A stretch of 64,000 nt of DNA from Anaerolineae bacterium. GTDB taxonomy: Bacteria > Chloroflexota > Anaerolineae > Aggregatilineales > Phototrophicaceae. Positions 53,294 to 61,753 of the stretch are shown here, piece by piece. The stretch is taken from the NCBI GenBank assembly GCA_022842885.1, contig JALHOR010000015.1:2219-66218 (forward strand), read 5' to 3'. The notes under the pieces were generated by a model. It did no database searches. It was not told the origin of the DNA and saw only the letters and a program-made list of their open reading frames with translations. The position numbers and the translations under genes were made by a program. Each line of letters opens with the position of its first letter. Positions within the stretch are counted from its first letter, which is position 1.

Positions 53294-53385
53294 GGCTCAT
53301 GTTCAGATTGCGTGAAAAGTAGGTTGTTGTAGGGTCGAGGCATGCCTCGACCCTACGAAAAATCATTTGTTTTGAACTTGAGCGA
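53294..53385 (+). repeat. ~90-bp composite palindromic element, copy 4
   Basis: ggctcatgttcagattgcgtgaaaag..gtagggtcgaggcatgcctcgaccctac..ttttgaacttgagcga, starting 1 nt after the isomerase stop. Confidence 0.9.
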
Positions 53386-53436
53386 ATTTTAAAGTGCTTC
53401 AACCTCATTAACATCACTTCCCCATAGTGTTTTAAT

Positions 53437-53467
53437 TTGACTCTCCTGTAATGGGAGAGTCAATAAT
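53437..53467 (+). promoter_or_regulatory. MerR-type promoter: TTGACT -35, 19-bp spacer containing a perfect 10-bp-arm dyad, AATAAT -10
   Basis: TTGACTCTCC-tgtaatg-GGAGAGTCAA (53437-53463). The -35 hexamer is 53437-53442 and the -10 candidate is 53462-53467. About 60 nt upstream of the MerR-family gene. Confidence 0.7.
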
Positions 53468-53524
53468 GTCTCCTGAAGGTACCTTCAAAAATAAAACGCA
53501 GCACATTTTAAAGAAAGTCAGCCT

Positions 53525-54346
53525 ATGCTCAAAATCGGCGAATTTTCCAAAATCTGCCAAGTTTCGGTCAAGGCGCTGCGTCATTGGAGCGATATTGGCT
53601 TATTGATTCCGGCACAAATAGATGAGCAGACCGGGTATCGTTACTACGGCATTGAGCAGATTCAACAGGTGAATCGCATTCAGGCGCTCAAAACGATGGG
53701 CTTATCGCTGCCGGAAATTGCCGATTTGCTGGCGCAGCATATGTCTAGTGATGAGATTCGACGGCTGTTGGTGATTAAACAACGTGAATTGCAACAGGAA
53801 ATGAAAGACGTTGCCGAGCGTTTAGCCGTCATCGAATCGCGCTTGAAGCAAATTGACCGGGCGGGGGTAATTCCGGGCTATGAAACTGTTCTGAAGCCCG
53901 TCGCCGAGCAAAAAATCATCGCCATCCGCGAAACCGTAGCCGATATGGAAGCGTTGGTCACATTGTTAGAGGAAACGCATCCCTATGCCCGCCAGAAAGA
54001 CAATACCAATTTGCTGGCAATCTTCCATGATGAGGGGTATCAAACCGAACAAGTGGATATTGAAGTTGGTTTTCCTGTGGAGGGGCATACCGATTGGGAA
54101 ATTCCCCTCAGCACCGGACGCCGTATGAGCATCACCACCTTGCCCGGTTTAGACCTCGTTGCCAGCACAGTGCATCATGGCACATGGCTAACGCTTGCCG
54201 AAGGCTATGAATATCTGGGCATTTGGATTGAAACCAGCGATTACATCATCATGGGTCCCGGACGCGAAATTTTCCATCATATTGATTGGGAGAATGAGCA
54301 GAAAGCCACCGTCACCGAATTGCAGTTCCCGGTTAAAAAACGCTGA
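53525..54346 (+). CDS. MerR-family regulator with a GyrI-like effector-binding domain (BmrR-like)
   Basis: MLKIGEFSKICQVSVKALRHWSDIGLLIPAQIDEQTGYRYY HTH, a coiled coil, then a C-terminal ~150-aa GyrI-like fold. Confidence 0.85.
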   Translation: MLKIGEFSKICQVSVKALRHWSDIGLLIPAQIDEQTGYRYYGIEQIQQVNRIQALKTMGLSLPEIADLLAQHMSSDEIRRLLVIKQRELQQEMKDVAERLAVIESRLKQIDRAGVIPGYETVLKPVAEQKIIAIRETVADMEALVTLLEETHPYARQKDNTNLLAIFHDEGYQTEQVDIEVGFPVEGHTDWEIPLSTGRRMSITTLPGLDLVASTVHHGTWLTLAEGYEYLGIWIETSDYIIMGPGREIFHHIDWENEQKATVTELQFPVKKR

Positions 54347-54410
54347 TGCTGTGCTGACTTTGGCTGCTGTGTAATTTATTGATGTTCATTAATTTTCAGG
54401 AGATAGCCTC

Positions 54411-55004
54411 ATGCTGCATCGGCATTTCAAAATAGTATTGGTTCTGATGATAGGAGGACTGTTATCTATGGCATTGATAGCAGTGGCACAAGATACCATG
54501 ACGGAACAAGAACTCCCCGCCCCCGATGAACATATGCAGGATTTGGCGTGGTTCATTGGCGAATGGAACGTAAAATCGCGCATGTTGATGGACGCTGCTA
54601 AAGATGAATGGCTCGAAGAGCAGTTACATACCATTCACACGTATGAACTCGGCGGCAATATCATCTTTGAACATTTTATTGGTCCCTTGGCGGGCAACCC
54701 GTTTGAAGCGTGGAGCTTGCGAAAATATAACGTGAATAGCGGCAGATGGGAACAACGATGGGTAGACACCGACCCCGGCGGATTCGCCAATTGGCTTGGT
54801 ACTTGGGATGCCGACACCAACTCGTTCACAGGTTATGCCATGCGCTTCATTGATGATAATTTTGCGCTCACCGGGGATAATGGCGCCCGCGAAATTTTTG
54901 ATAATATCACCGAAGATGGCTTCGCATGGCGCTATGAAACCACTAGCGACGGCGGCGCAACTTGGGCAGTGACGTGGACATTGGATTACGTCCGCGCTGA
55001 ATAA
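54411..55004 (+). CDS. Secreted hypothetical protein (DUF1579-like beta-barrel, tentative)
   Basis: AGGAG SD. Signal-like N-terminus MLHRHFKIVLVLMIGGLLSMALIAVAQD. FIGEWNV...WEQRWVD pattern. Confidence 0.6.
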   Translation: MLHRHFKIVLVLMIGGLLSMALIAVAQDTMTEQELPAPDEHMQDLAWFIGEWNVKSRMLMDAAKDEWLEEQLHTIHTYELGGNIIFEHFIGPLAGNPFEAWSLRKYNVNSGRWEQRWVDTDPGGFANWLGTWDADTNSFTGYAMRFIDDNFALTGDNGAREIFDNITEDGFAWRYETTSDGGATWAVTWTLDYVRAE

Positions 55005-55030
55005 TATTATGTAACTGTAAAACCGCTAAG

Positions 55031-55075
55031 AGCGCCAAGATTTTTCAACTGTTTTTGGCGCTTTTAGCAATTTTT
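55031..55075 (+). terminator. Candidate intrinsic terminator
   Basis: AGCGCCAA-16 nt-TTGGCGCT followed by TTTAGCAATTTTT. The loop is rather long. Confidence 0.45.
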
Positions 55076-55130
55076 AGATTTTAAATGCTTTTGCAGATTC
55101 GCTAAAGCTGATCGCTGAATGCTGATAGCT

Positions 55131-55165
55131 TTGACTAAGCACTTAGTCCTCAAGCACTCAGCACT
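55131..55165 (+). repeat. TTGACTAAGCACTTAGTCCTCAAGCACTCAGCACT element (copy 3)
   Basis: Compare with 10534-10567 and 61754-61787. Confidence 0.85.
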
Positions 55166-55311
55166 ATTTTTAAACGCTTCTTTGTGCCATTGTGGGTTAT
55201 AGCCTTCCCCGCAAAAACACCTTCCATTTGGTTGACGAACTCCCCGTTTTACGCTACGCTTTCCATGAGATAGAAATCCAAATCGTTATTTAATTGTTCA
55301 TAGAAGCCAAC

Positions 55312-56169
55312 ATGATAAAAACTGTTTTGGTCATTGCGCCTCACGCCGATGATGCGGCGGCATTCTGTGGCGGGCAAATCATTCATTTTGCCAACGACGG
55401 TTGGCGCGTGGTCATGGTGCGCGTGACCAACGATGAAACTGATTCGATTGGTCTGAGCCGCGAAGACACGATTCGCATCAACACCGAGCAGATGCATACT
55501 GCCGCCAAAATTTTGGGCATTCAGGAGATTGTTGAACTCGGTTATGTGACCGATACCTTGGGTGATGTTTCGCGGGTGGCACTGCGCGAAAAATTTATTC
55601 GCCTTTTTCGCCAACATCGCCCTTATGCCGTGATGTCTTTTGACCCCTATGCTCAGTACGAGCCTAATCTTGACCATACCGTGACAGCGCAAGCCGTTGA
55701 AGAAGCCTACTGGACAGCCACGTTTGATAAACATCATCCCGAACACTTGGCAGAAGGATTGCAACCGCATTCGGTGTGTGAACGCTGGTATTATGCCCGC
55801 CAACTGCCCCGCGTTACCTGTGCCATAGACATCAGCAGCGTGCTAGAACGGCGCATTGACGCATTAGCGGCACATGTCGAAATGATGAAAAATACGCTCA
55901 ATCAATCGCGTTTACAAATGGCAACCTGGGGGCGGCGTTTCCCGGCATTGGATGCAGCAATTACAAGCGGCAATGTACGCCCATTTTTGAGCATGTGGTT
56001 GCGCTATCAATATGCCCAAATCGGCGCGAAACATGGCATGACCTATGCCGAAGAATACCGCGTAGACCGTTTTGGCGGCGCAGAGGCTCTCTTGCAATCC
56101 GAATCGATTCCGCTGCCGGACATGGAAGATGAACCCATGCACAATCGTCCATGGTTCGAGTTTCCATAG
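55312..56169 (+). CDS. PIG-L / LmbE-family N-acetylglucosaminyl deacetylase
   Basis: VLVIAPHADDAAAFCGGQIIHFANDGWRVVMVRVTNDETD, the PH(P/A)DD metal-site motif. Start taken at ATG 55312. Confidence 0.8.
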   Translation: MIKTVLVIAPHADDAAAFCGGQIIHFANDGWRVVMVRVTNDETDSIGLSREDTIRINTEQMHTAAKILGIQEIVELGYVTDTLGDVSRVALREKFIRLFRQHRPYAVMSFDPYAQYEPNLDHTVTAQAVEEAYWTATFDKHHPEHLAEGLQPHSVCERWYYARQLPRVTCAIDISSVLERRIDALAAHVEMMKNTLNQSRLQMATWGRRFPALDAAITSGNVRPFLSMWLRYQYAQIGAKHGMTYAEEYRVDRFGGAEALLQSESIPLPDMEDEPMHNRPWFEFP

Positions 56170-56235
56170 GTGAATTTTGGCTAATAATTCATGAAACTAA
56201 CTCACTTACCCACTCTAACTGCCGTATGCGTGACT

Positions 56236-56273
56236 CCCCCTCTCCATGCAATGGAGAGGGGGTTGGGGGTGAG
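56236..56273. repeat. GGGTGAGGG-family hairpin element inside an operon spacer
   Basis: CCCCCTCTCCAT-gca-ATGGAGAGGGGG 12-bp stem, then ttgggggtgagg. Confidence 0.8.
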
Positions 56274-56330
56274 GTTGGAAAAACAACACTGCAAAATATT
56301 TCATTCATTTTACCGATAGGAGAATTGTTG

Positions 56331-57626
56331 ATGAAATCCTTACGTCGTATGCTGCTCTTGTTACCTGTTCTGCTCCTTTTGCTATCTGGGTTGGTTTCCG
56401 CGCAGGAAGTCACCGTCACGTTTTGGTCACATGCGTATCCCCCGCGTGAGGCGCTTGACCGCGAACTGATTGCCCAATTTGAAGCAGAAAATCCCGGCAT
56501 TAAGGTCGAATATGTGATTCCGCCGTCTGCCAATGATACCGAATATATCATCGCGTTATTCACCGCCATTGCCGGCGGCGAAGGTCCCGATTTGTTTAAT
56601 GTCGTGATTCAGGGTGTGCCGGATTTAATTCCGTCGGGTGCGGTTGCCCCGGTGGATGCCGCCCTACTCGGTTATGACTCTACGGATGATATTGTGGCAG
56701 AATACTTGGAAGGTAGCATCGCGGCATTTGTAGGCGATGATGGCTTGCTCTATGGTTTCCCCACTGAAATCGGCAATTATGCGCTGTATATCAACACCAC
56801 CTTGTTTGAAGAAGCGGGACTCGACCCGGTAGCCGATGCCCCGGCGACATGGGAAGACATGCTGGAAATTGCCCCGGCGCTGACCAAACGCGATGATGCG
56901 GGTAATCTGACGCAGCGTGCCTTTGATTTTGCCTATCCTGTGCCAGATGAACAACTTGACCCGCTGGTGGTCACGGCAACATTGGCGTATCAATTGGGCA
57001 GTGGCATCGTCAATGACGATAAGACCGAAGCCTCTTTTGGTGATGAGGGTTGGGTACAAGCAGTGAACTTCGTCAAAGACTGGTCGGAAATGTATGGCGA
57101 CCCCAATATTCAGCCGGCGTGGATGGGTTTTTATGAAGGCACCGTTGCCATGCATCTTTCAGGTCCTTGGTATCAGGCGCAGGTGTTACAAGCCCAAAAT
57201 CCTGATTTGATTGATGATTTGGTCATTGTGCCAACCCCGCGCTTTGCCGAAGGCGTCAATCAGGCGGGCAGTTATACTTATGGGTATGGCTTATTTGTGA
57301 ATGCCGCCAGCACACCGGAAGAACAAGCCGCCGCGCAACAATTGGCATTTTTTATGTCCAGTTTCCCGGAACGCTATTTGACCGAAACACTCTTGCTGCA
57401 ACCGCGCACCACCTTGGTAGAAAATACCGAAGTCATGGAAAGCAGTTTTGCAGCATTGTTCATCGCCGATATGGCAGGGGCGCCCTCATTGCCCGTCATT
57501 ACCAACGGGTTTGAAGCCAGCGGCATCTTCGGGCGAGCATTGGCATCCATCTTATTTGAAGGCGCAGATGTAACCGAAGCTCTGGCTGGCGCTGCCGAAG
57601 AATTTACCGCAGTGATTAATCCATAG
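56331..57626 (+). CDS. Extracellular solute-binding protein, family 1 (sugar ABC)
   Basis: TAGGAG SD. Signal peptide MKSLRRMLLLLPVLLLLLSGLVSAQE. The 60 upstream codons in the track run through the repeat element. Confidence 0.85.
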   Translation: MKSLRRMLLLLPVLLLLLSGLVSAQEVTVTFWSHAYPPREALDRELIAQFEAENPGIKVEYVIPPSANDTEYIIALFTAIAGGEGPDLFNVVIQGVPDLIPSGAVAPVDAALLGYDSTDDIVAEYLEGSIAAFVGDDGLLYGFPTEIGNYALYINTTLFEEAGLDPVADAPATWEDMLEIAPALTKRDDAGNLTQRAFDFAYPVPDEQLDPLVVTATLAYQLGSGIVNDDKTEASFGDEGWVQAVNFVKDWSEMYGDPNIQPAWMGFYEGTVAMHLSGPWYQAQVLQAQNPDLIDDLVIVPTPRFAEGVNQAGSYTYGYGLFVNAASTPEEQAAAQQLAFFMSSFPERYLTETLLLQPRTTLVENTEVMESSFAALFIADMAGAPSLPVITNGFEASGIFGRALASILFEGADVTEALAGAAEEFTAVINP

Positions 57627-57664
57627 AAAAGTAGGTGTTAGTAAAGAATATTTCGGTAATTTGT

Positions 57665-57731
57665 GGGATGACACGCAGGTCATCCCCTACGCGAAACCTG
57701 CTTTTCGGAGGGGCGACCTGATGTGGTCGCC
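57665..57731. repeat. Double-hairpin element (7-8-bp stems, 6-nt loops)
   Basis: GGGATGAC-acgcag-GTCATCCC (57665-57686) and GGCGACC-tgatgt-GGTCGCC (57712-57731). The second hairpin is related to the one at 3127-3146. Confidence 0.75.
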
Positions 57732-57801
57732 CATCATCAAACGTACTATTAAATCTAACTTCACATCACCCGCCCAAAATCACACCAGTGGTCTTCAGCA
57801 T

Positions 57802-58728
57802 ATGGATAGACCTGTTCGTTTAGCCCCATCCCAACGTTTCATGCTCACCCGGCTGAATATGTATACCCGCCGCAAATTGTGGGGGTTGGCATTTGTATTG
57901 CCTGCGGTCATTTTCTTCGCCATCTTCGCGTATTATCCTATTTTTTCGGCGGCGCGGTACAGCCTGACTGATTATAACGGGCTGCGTCCAGCGCAAGAGA
58001 TTGGGTTAGCCAATTACGAATTTTTGCTGGAAAGCAACCGTTTTGAGAAAGTGTTCGTCAATACGCTGCGATTTGTGGCGGGCTATGCGCTGCCCACATG
58101 GATAATCGGCTTGGGATTTGCGCTGATTTTTGTGCAGGAGTTTAAAGGACGCGGCATTTATCGCACGCTGTATTTCATGCCGATTCTGCTTTCCGAAACG
58201 GTGATTTCGATTGTGTGGCGCTTGTTATATCAGCAGCAAGGGGCAATTAATACGTTATTTGTTGCGCCGTTTAACATGGGGGCAGGTATTAATTGGATTA
58301 CTGACCCACAAGCCGCGCCTATTGCCGTCATGATTGTGTCTATCTGGCGCGTGTTTGGCTACTACATGATTATCTTTATGAATGGGCTGCAAAATATCCC
58401 GGTAGAATATTATGAGGCAGCACGGGTAGATGGCGCGAATACGCGGCAAATTTTCTGGCAGATTACGATGCCCCTGCTGCGCCCGACGAACATGTTTGTG
58501 ATTGTCGTCACCTTTATCACGGGTTTCCAGAGTTTTGCCTATCAATTTCTCATCACCAAAGGCGGTCCCAACGACGCCACCAATGTTTTAGGCTTGATGA
58601 TTTATGAAGAAGCCTTCGCCAAATTTAACTTGGGGCGGGCATCGGCAATGTCACTGGTGTTGTTTGCGCTGCTGCTGGTGTTGACCATTTTCCAGCTTTA
58701 TTTGCTGCGGGAACGAGAAGAAATCTAA
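57802..58728 (+). CDS. CUT1-type sugar ABC transporter permease (MalF-like)
   Basis: EAA loop EYYEAARVDGANTRQIFWQITMPLLRP. Start is uncertain (ATG at 57802, 57841 or 57859; none has a clear SD). Confidence 0.8.
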   Translation: MDRPVRLAPSQRFMLTRLNMYTRRKLWGLAFVLPAVIFFAIFAYYPIFSAARYSLTDYNGLRPAQEIGLANYEFLLESNRFEKVFVNTLRFVAGYALPTWIIGLGFALIFVQEFKGRGIYRTLYFMPILLSETVISIVWRLLYQQQGAINTLFVAPFNMGAGINWITDPQAAPIAVMIVSIWRVFGYYMIIFMNGLQNIPVEYYEAARVDGANTRQIFWQITMPLLRPTNMFVIVVTFITGFQSFAYQFLITKGGPNDATNVLGLMIYEEAFAKFNLGRASAMSLVLFALLLVLTIFQLYLLREREEI

Positions 58729-58814
58729 GTATGATGTAGGTCAATTTTCTTGATTTGCAAATTAAATTTCAGGGTAAACTGAACTTCAGAAAACAAAGTT
58801 TGCAGGAGCATCAT

Positions 58815-59072
58815 ATGGCAACCCCAGTTTTAGAGAAATCACCCACTGACGAAGTGATGGATTTTTTGTTATCCGCCCCCACACCCGAACAAATCTTGGC
58901 ACTGCGCCCTTCTGCGGCAGTACAGGAACGTCTGCGTTATTTACTGGATGGCAATCGCAATGCGACCTTGAATGATGCAGAACGGGCTGAATTGGATATG
59001 TATCTGCAAGTAGAGCATTTTATTCGTCGTTTAAAAGTCCGCGCTCAAGAAAAATTGGCGGAAAACGAATGA
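58815..59072 (+). CDS. Small helical protein (85 aa) coupled to the HNH gene (antitoxin / immunity-like by position only)
   Basis: AGGAG SD 6 nt before ATG 58815. Its stop overlaps the HNH start (ATGA at 59069-59072). No motif recognised. Confidence 0.6.
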   Translation: MATPVLEKSPTDEVMDFLLSAPTPEQILALRPSAAVQERLRYLLDGNRNATLNDAERAELDMYLQVEHFIRRLKVRAQEKLAENE

Positions 59073-59491
59073 CTTATATCTCTGAGTCTCTCCGCCGATT
59101 GGTTATTCAACGGGCAAAATCGCGTTGTGAGTATTGCTGTTTACATGAATTTTATGCATTTTTTGCACACGAAATTGATCATATCTACGCTGAAAAACAT
59201 GGCGGCGATACTATTGAGACCAATCTTTGTCTTGCCTGTGCAGATTGTAACCGACACAAAGGGAGCGATATTTGTTCCCGTGACCCTTTAACGGGAGATG
59301 TGGTGACTTTATTTCATCCGCGTCGCCATGAGTGGCAAACACATTTTCGTCTTGCGGAAACGGGTCTCATTGAACCTTTGACAGCAAATGGCAGAGTAAC
59401 TGAAAGGGTATTGCAATTTAATCGTATAGAACTTGTCACAGAACGCGCTCGTCTTATCGCTAAAGGTGGTTACAAGGAAAACGACACATGA
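59069..59491 (+). CDS. HNH endonuclease
   Basis: CEYCC...HEIDHIYAEKHGGDTIETNLCLACADCNRHKG (Cys4 + H-N-H). Its stop overlaps the next permease start (ATGA at 59488-59491). Confidence 0.85.
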   Translation: MTYISESLRRLVIQRAKSRCEYCCLHEFYAFFAHEIDHIYAEKHGGDTIETNLCLACADCNRHKGSDICSRDPLTGDVVTLFHPRRHEWQTHFRLAETGLIEPLTANGRVTERVLQFNRIELVTERARLIAKGGYKENDT

Positions 59492-60366
59492 CGGCTGCAT
59501 CCTCTTTTTCGACAACTTCTGCACCACCGCAATCCCGCCGTACTCATTGGCATTGGGGACAGCGAATTTTATTTCACGGACTGCTCTTAGTCGGCGTGGT
59601 CGTCGTGTGCTTGCCACTGTTCTGGATGATTTCAGCATCGCTTAAGCCGCCAAAAGAAATTTTTACTGTGCCAGTCCAATGGCTACCCACCGAAATCCGC
59701 TGGCAAAATTATGTGGATGCATGGAATACTGCGCCGTTTGCCCGCTATTTTTTCAACAGTGTCTATGTCGCTGGCATGACCACCGGCTTAAATTTATTCT
59801 TTTGCAGTTTAGCGGGTTATGGGTTCGCCAAATATCACTTTCCCGGTAAAAATATCCTGTTCATTTTTGTGTTGGCAACGCTGATGATTCCGTTCCATGT
59901 AGTCATGATTCCATTGTGGATGATGATGCGCGACTTCAAATGGCTAGATAGTTTTAGCGCGGTGATTATCCCCGGCATGATGAGTTCCTTTGGCATTTTT
60001 TTGATGCGCCAATATATCCAAACGCTGCCCAATGATTTGTTTGAAGCCGCCCGGATTGATGGCGCAGGCGAAATTTATTGTTATCAACACATTGTGTTGC
60101 CATTATCCAAAGCGCCATTGGCGGCACTGGCGGTATTTGTGTTTCTGGATAGCTGGAATAGTTTGTTATGGCCCCTCGTGGTAGTTAAAAGTGAAGAGAT
60201 TCGCACGCTGACGTTAGGGTTATCCGCATTCAGTTCGCAATATTCCACGTCGTATCATTTGTTGATGGCGGCTTCCACCATCATTATCTTGCCGATGATT
60301 GGGTTGTTTTTCCTGCTGCAACGCTATTTTATTCAGGGTGTCACACTCTCTGGTATCAAAGGATAA
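59488..60366 (+). CDS. CUT1-type sugar ABC transporter permease (MalG-like)
   Basis: EAA loop DLFEAARIDGAGEIYCYQHIVLPLSKAP. Six hydrophobic helices. Confidence 0.85.
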   Translation: MTAASSFSTTSAPPQSRRTHWHWGQRILFHGLLLVGVVVVCLPLFWMISASLKPPKEIFTVPVQWLPTEIRWQNYVDAWNTAPFARYFFNSVYVAGMTTGLNLFFCSLAGYGFAKYHFPGKNILFIFVLATLMIPFHVVMIPLWMMMRDFKWLDSFSAVIIPGMMSSFGIFLMRQYIQTLPNDLFEAARIDGAGEIYCYQHIVLPLSKAPLAALAVFVFLDSWNSLLWPLVVVKSEEIRTLTLGLSAFSSQYSTSYHLLMAASTIIILPMIGLFFLLQRYFIQGVTLSGIKG

Positions 60367-60371
60367 CGCTT

Positions 60372-61664
60372 ATGTTGATGGCTGGCGTTGGCAAAACGGT
60401 TATCACGCCCAAAGTGGGGGCAATGCTCTATGGCTATACCCACCCCACGCGCAATAATCCCTCAATTGGTGTGCATGATGATTTACATGCGCGGGCAGTG
60501 GTCTTGCAAACGCGCGGTTTTTCGCTGGCATTATGCAGCGTGGAATTATGTTATCTGCGGGCGCAAGATGTCGCCCAAATTCGCCAGCGTGTCAGCGCCC
60601 AATGTGGGTTATTTGGGCAAGATATTTTTATTGCAACCACCCATACTCACTCAGGTCCCGCCACGCATATCGAAAGCGAATGGGATTTTTCGCTGATAGA
60701 CCGCATCGCTGAAGCGATTTTGATTGCTTATAACCATCGCCAACCAGCACGTTTTGGCAGCGGCATCGGCTTATTGCACCATTGGCACATCAATCGCCGC
60801 TGGCTAGACCGCCCGGTAGACCCGGCACTGGGCGTCTTACGGATTGAAACGCTCGATAATAAGCCGTTGGCTGTAATGGGTTCTTTTGGCTGCCATGCGG
60901 TGGTGATGGGCGCGGATAATTTGTTTATCTCTGGCGATTACCCCGGTTATTTCAGCCGCATCATCGAAAAAACGCTGGCAAACAACAGCGTCGCGTTGTT
61001 CTTTCCCGGTGGCGCAGGCGATGCTAACCCCATGACCAGCGTTGTCCGAGCGCGATTGACACAAGGCAACCCCATTGGCACGTTGGGCGATTTGGTAGAT
61101 TATTATGGCAAGTTCCAAGAAGGCAAACGTGACCATTGGAACATCGGGGATAGAGCAGGTGGCACTTTTTCTGAAGCCGAAGAATTGGGGCAAGCGGTCG
61201 CCGACGAAGTGCTGCGCGTTTACCAAGCCATTGTCACCGCTGAACAAGTTCGCGTGTGGACAGACCGCATTGTCGTCAATGGCAAAGCTGACCCCAGCGA
61301 ACCTTATTTCCCCGGCACTTTGACACCCGATTTTCTGCAACTGCTGCCAGAATTGGAAAATAACCAACTGCCGCTAGAAATCATGCTGGTGGGCATTGGC
61401 GACAGTGTGTTGGTTGGGCATCCCGGCGAAACCTTCAGCGAGAATGCCGTGCAGTTGCGGATTGCCGCGCAGCAAATGGGGTATAAACATCCCCTGCTCA
61501 TCACCTATGCCAACGGCAATTACGCCTATTTGCCCCCGGCGTATGTGTGGGACGAAGGCGGCTATGAAATTAGCGCATGGGTGAGTTTTTTCGGCATCAG
61601 CCGCCAAGTGCAAGAGCGTATTTGGAATGCCATCGCGCCTATCTTGAAACAGCGCAAGCCGTAG
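60372..61664 (+). CDS. Neutral/alkaline ceramidase N-terminal-domain-like hydrolase (short bacterial form)
   Basis: AGVGKTVITPKVGAMLYGY..GVHDDLHARAVVLQ..FIATTHTHSGP parallels the Pseudomonas neutral ceramidase N-terminal pattern (GAGKADIT..GY..G.H..ARA.V..ATHTHSGP). Confidence 0.65.
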   Translation: MLMAGVGKTVITPKVGAMLYGYTHPTRNNPSIGVHDDLHARAVVLQTRGFSLALCSVELCYLRAQDVAQIRQRVSAQCGLFGQDIFIATTHTHSGPATHIESEWDFSLIDRIAEAILIAYNHRQPARFGSGIGLLHHWHINRRWLDRPVDPALGVLRIETLDNKPLAVMGSFGCHAVVMGADNLFISGDYPGYFSRIIEKTLANNSVALFFPGGAGDANPMTSVVRARLTQGNPIGTLGDLVDYYGKFQEGKRDHWNIGDRAGGTFSEAEELGQAVADEVLRVYQAIVTAEQVRVWTDRIVVNGKADPSEPYFPGTLTPDFLQLLPELENNQLPLEIMLVGIGDSVLVGHPGETFSENAVQLRIAAQQMGYKHPLLITYANGNYAYLPPAYVWDEGGYEISAWVSFFGISRQVQERIWNAIAPILKQRKP

Positions 61665-61753
61665 GTACTGGCAAATAAGCGTTTCGGTTACATTAGAAAA
61701 ATCATAGTTTAATTGGTGAGCTATGGACACAATCTTTATCACAATTATTCGAT

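Noticed and set aside
56151-56330. N-terminal extensions of the SBP (56151-56330) and the permease (57661-57801) in the track
   Set aside because: The extensions read straight through dispersed hairpin repeats (56236-56273 and 57665-57731). The SBP has a clean SD and signal peptide at 56331.
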